A stretch of 63,351 bases of DNA, the filler included, from Pelomyxa schiedti (lineage: Eukaryota; Protista; Evosea): the NCBI GenBank assembly GCA_020536535.1. It is 9 parts of 9 records of this genome, joined end to end, with 100 filler letters (N's around TTAATTAATTAA, not from the genome) between each part and the next. Parts side by side here need not be neighbours in the genome. Positions count along the whole stretch, not along the records: positions 61,376 to 63,351 come from JAHLWZ010000190.1; 8 more parts are not named here. One strand, given 5' to 3'. The notes below the pieces were generated by a model. It searched no databases. It saw nothing but the letters and a program-made list of their open reading frames with translations, and was not told the DNA's origin. The stretch's first letter is position 1, and each line of letters opens with the position of its first letter. The translations under genes and the position numbers were made by a program. Below, in pieces: positions 61,376 to 63,351 of the stretch.

Positions 61376-62803
61376 TATTGTTGTTCACCTGAGTGCTCGC
61401 AGTCAATTCCTGGCCCTGGCGACCGCGCTGCATCGGCGATGCGGAGCCAGCAGCCCGGCGCGCCTCCTCGCCGACCAACCGACACTCGTCCGCCAGTTAT
61501 GGGACTCGTTGTGGTTCCCAACGGCGACGAGGACTTGGGGTGTCATTTCGTCCTTGCACGAGGTTACACTGTCACCCGTTGGCACATACACCATTGACAC
61601 CACATTGACGACATTCAGTGCCTCTGGAATTCTCGGCGGCGTTGTGGCGAATGGCCCTGGGTACATGTGGACCAATGATGTGTGCTCACGTTCGCAGACT
61701 TGCGTGATTGGGCCTTCTTCTTGTTCTTCTGCTGATGGTGGCGATGGAAGGAGTGCCATCCACGTGGTGGAAGCACTGAGAACCAAGTCGCGGCAAGGCA
61801 CAGGGTACTGGATGAGGACAATGACGGAGACTGGGCCCAGAGCGCAGCTACTTTTTCATGATGATTGTAGTTACTCTATCCACGCAGTTAACAGCAAGTG
61901 GTTCCTGATTGGAGATCAGTGCAAGACTGGCTTTGAGGTCTTCAGGCTGTGGGATCGCATCACAGGAAGAAGGAGAATCAGAGACACTGAGCCATCTCGC
62001 TTTATATTCAACAAGAGCAACGAGGACGAGGCGGTTGTGCTTGCATCTGGCCCAATCTTTGTGGTGATTGATGTTGCACAGTCGTTTTCTGAGGGTACTG
62101 CCAAGGTGCTGAGCGAGACAAAGTGGAAGAAACCTAGGTCCTTGGGTTTTGTTATAAAACTGCTTGTTTTCAACAGCACCCACAGTGACGATGGTCGATC
62201 ACCGAGGTCATTCATCGTTCTGGTTGAATCCAATGCTGACTTCAGTTCCAAATTGTTCACTGTTGAGGAGACCACTGGAAATTTCAAGAAGTTGAGCAAC
62301 CGTGTATTGGGTTTGTCACAACTGAATGAAACCACATTCTGTGTGTCACTACCAACCGAGTACCAGCTGTGGGGAGTCTCCACCAGCAACACAGCCGTTC
62401 CTATGAGGAGNNNNNNNNNNNNNNNNNNNNNNNNNNNNNNNNNNNNNNNNNNNNNNNNNNNNNNNNNNNNNNNNNNNNNNNNNNNNNNNNNNNNNNNNNN
62501 NNNNNNNNNNAGTTGAGCAACCGTGTATTGGGTTTGTCACAACTGAATGAAACCACATTCTGTGTGTCACTACCAACCGAGTACCAGCTGTGGGGAGTCT
62601 CCACCAGCAACACAGCCGTTCCTATGAGGAGATTCCCGCTTGGGATTGCAGGTGTTGTTACGGCTGAGTGTGGGTTCCTGTTCCACCCCTCCCAGGACGG
62701 CACAGCCATCAATGTGACTGATGCATCAACTGGGAATATCATGGTCTCCATCATCAACCTGCCTCCAAAGTCCCGTTCTTCATTTTTTGGGTTTGTTGTG
62801 TGA
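61376..62803 (+). CDS. HPRxG-family protein, 5' truncated, spans a 100-N gap
   Basis: The frame upstream of ORF 61509 reads RSQFLALATALHRRCGASSPARLL; NSKWF; FNKSNEDEAV; LSQLNETTFCV; AECGFLF. Confidence 0.8.
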
Positions 62804-62973
62804 AAAGTGCAAATCTGGTCTCTGCTAGGTACCCCTCACGTACTTGGAAGATCCTGCCTCCAGGCTACTGAGAAATCTGTTTATTCGAGTGGCAGCCAAA
62901 TACCAAATCGACCTGGATTCCCTCATTCAATAAAAAAAGTGTGGCCATTGTGTTTCTTATTTGGTATTACTGG

Positions 62974-63351
62974 TTATAGGCTGAAGGTCTCGTGGTGTAG
63001 ATTGAAGTCCCTTCCTGATTGTTTTAGCTTTGTGACGGTGTCCCATGTAGAGTGTACTAGGGGTTCAGGGCCACATACACACACAGCAACTGATGCCGTG
63101 GGGTGGGCTGCCGCCACAGCGCCAAGAACCTCCGCAGGTTCAACTCTACCTTTGATAACTTCTGTATGGTACATTAGGGTGTGGAATTGTATTGTAGAGT
63201 GTTGTAGAATTGACACAAGACACGAGTGCAGGGGTGCATTGATTGAATTTTGTGGTTGTTGTGGGTGAGAGAAAACATACCGGAGGGTTCTGGTACGGCA
63301 GAACCGTCGGGCGCGGGTGATATGGAACCGGATACATGGAATGACAAACGG
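62974..63351 (-). CDS. Ferric reductase/NADPH oxidase NAD-binding C-terminus (partial)
   Basis: KGR..VAVCVCGPEPLV...FNLHHETFSL*. Confidence 0.75.
   Translation of the reverse strand, partial: PFVIPCIRFHITRARRFCRTRTLRYVFSHPQQPQNSINAPLHSCLVSILQHSTIQFHTLMYHTEVIKGRVEPAEVLGAVAAAHPTASVAVCVCGPEPLVHSTWDTVTKLKQSGRDFNLHHETFSL

Noticed and set aside
1-63351. CRISPR arrays, rRNA, prokaryotic operons
   Set aside because: None seen; prokaryote-like genes carry spliceosomal introns.

Overview
Gene-dense, intron-rich eukaryotic DNA with short (~40-60 nt) GT-AG introns and CTAAC-like branch points. The gene content points to an anaerobic amoebozoan such as the archamoeba Pelomyxa (inference, from the AOR enzyme and the expanded 'HPRxG..SP' family). 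The window is a concatenation of about nine contigs joined by eight artificial N-TTAATTAATTAA-N linkers and has four more 100-N gaps, so adjacency across linkers means nothing. Recognisable genes: RING-UBE2Q fusion, protein kinase, SLC35B transporter, Rab, syntaxin-16-like SNARE, isocitrate/isopropylmalate dehydrogenase-family enzyme, aldehyde:ferredoxin oxidoreductase (AOR) with spliceosomal introns, DH-PH-DH RhoGEF, HxxxD acyltransferase, SDR, tandem histidine phosphatase, UVRAG, MED21, ferric reductase C-terminus and ankyrin proteins. A duplicated block carries an AIG1-GTPase-RING fusion, cathepsin B, a PTP and an ankyrin gene. There are five intronless members of an F-box-like 'HPRxG' family and several decayed DNA transposons (CACTA-like, hAT, MULE-like). 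Main highlights: (1) a tungsten/molybdopterin AOR in a eukaryote; (2) an HPRxG-motif protein ending in a Vint-type Hint autoprocessing domain, visible only after splicing; (3) a ~1.1 kb foldback palindrome between that gene and a divergent HPRxG gene; (4) a myristoylated AIG1/GIMAP-RING E3 fusion whose two copies diverge much faster than their neighbours. Exon structures were read by eye and boundaries are approximate.
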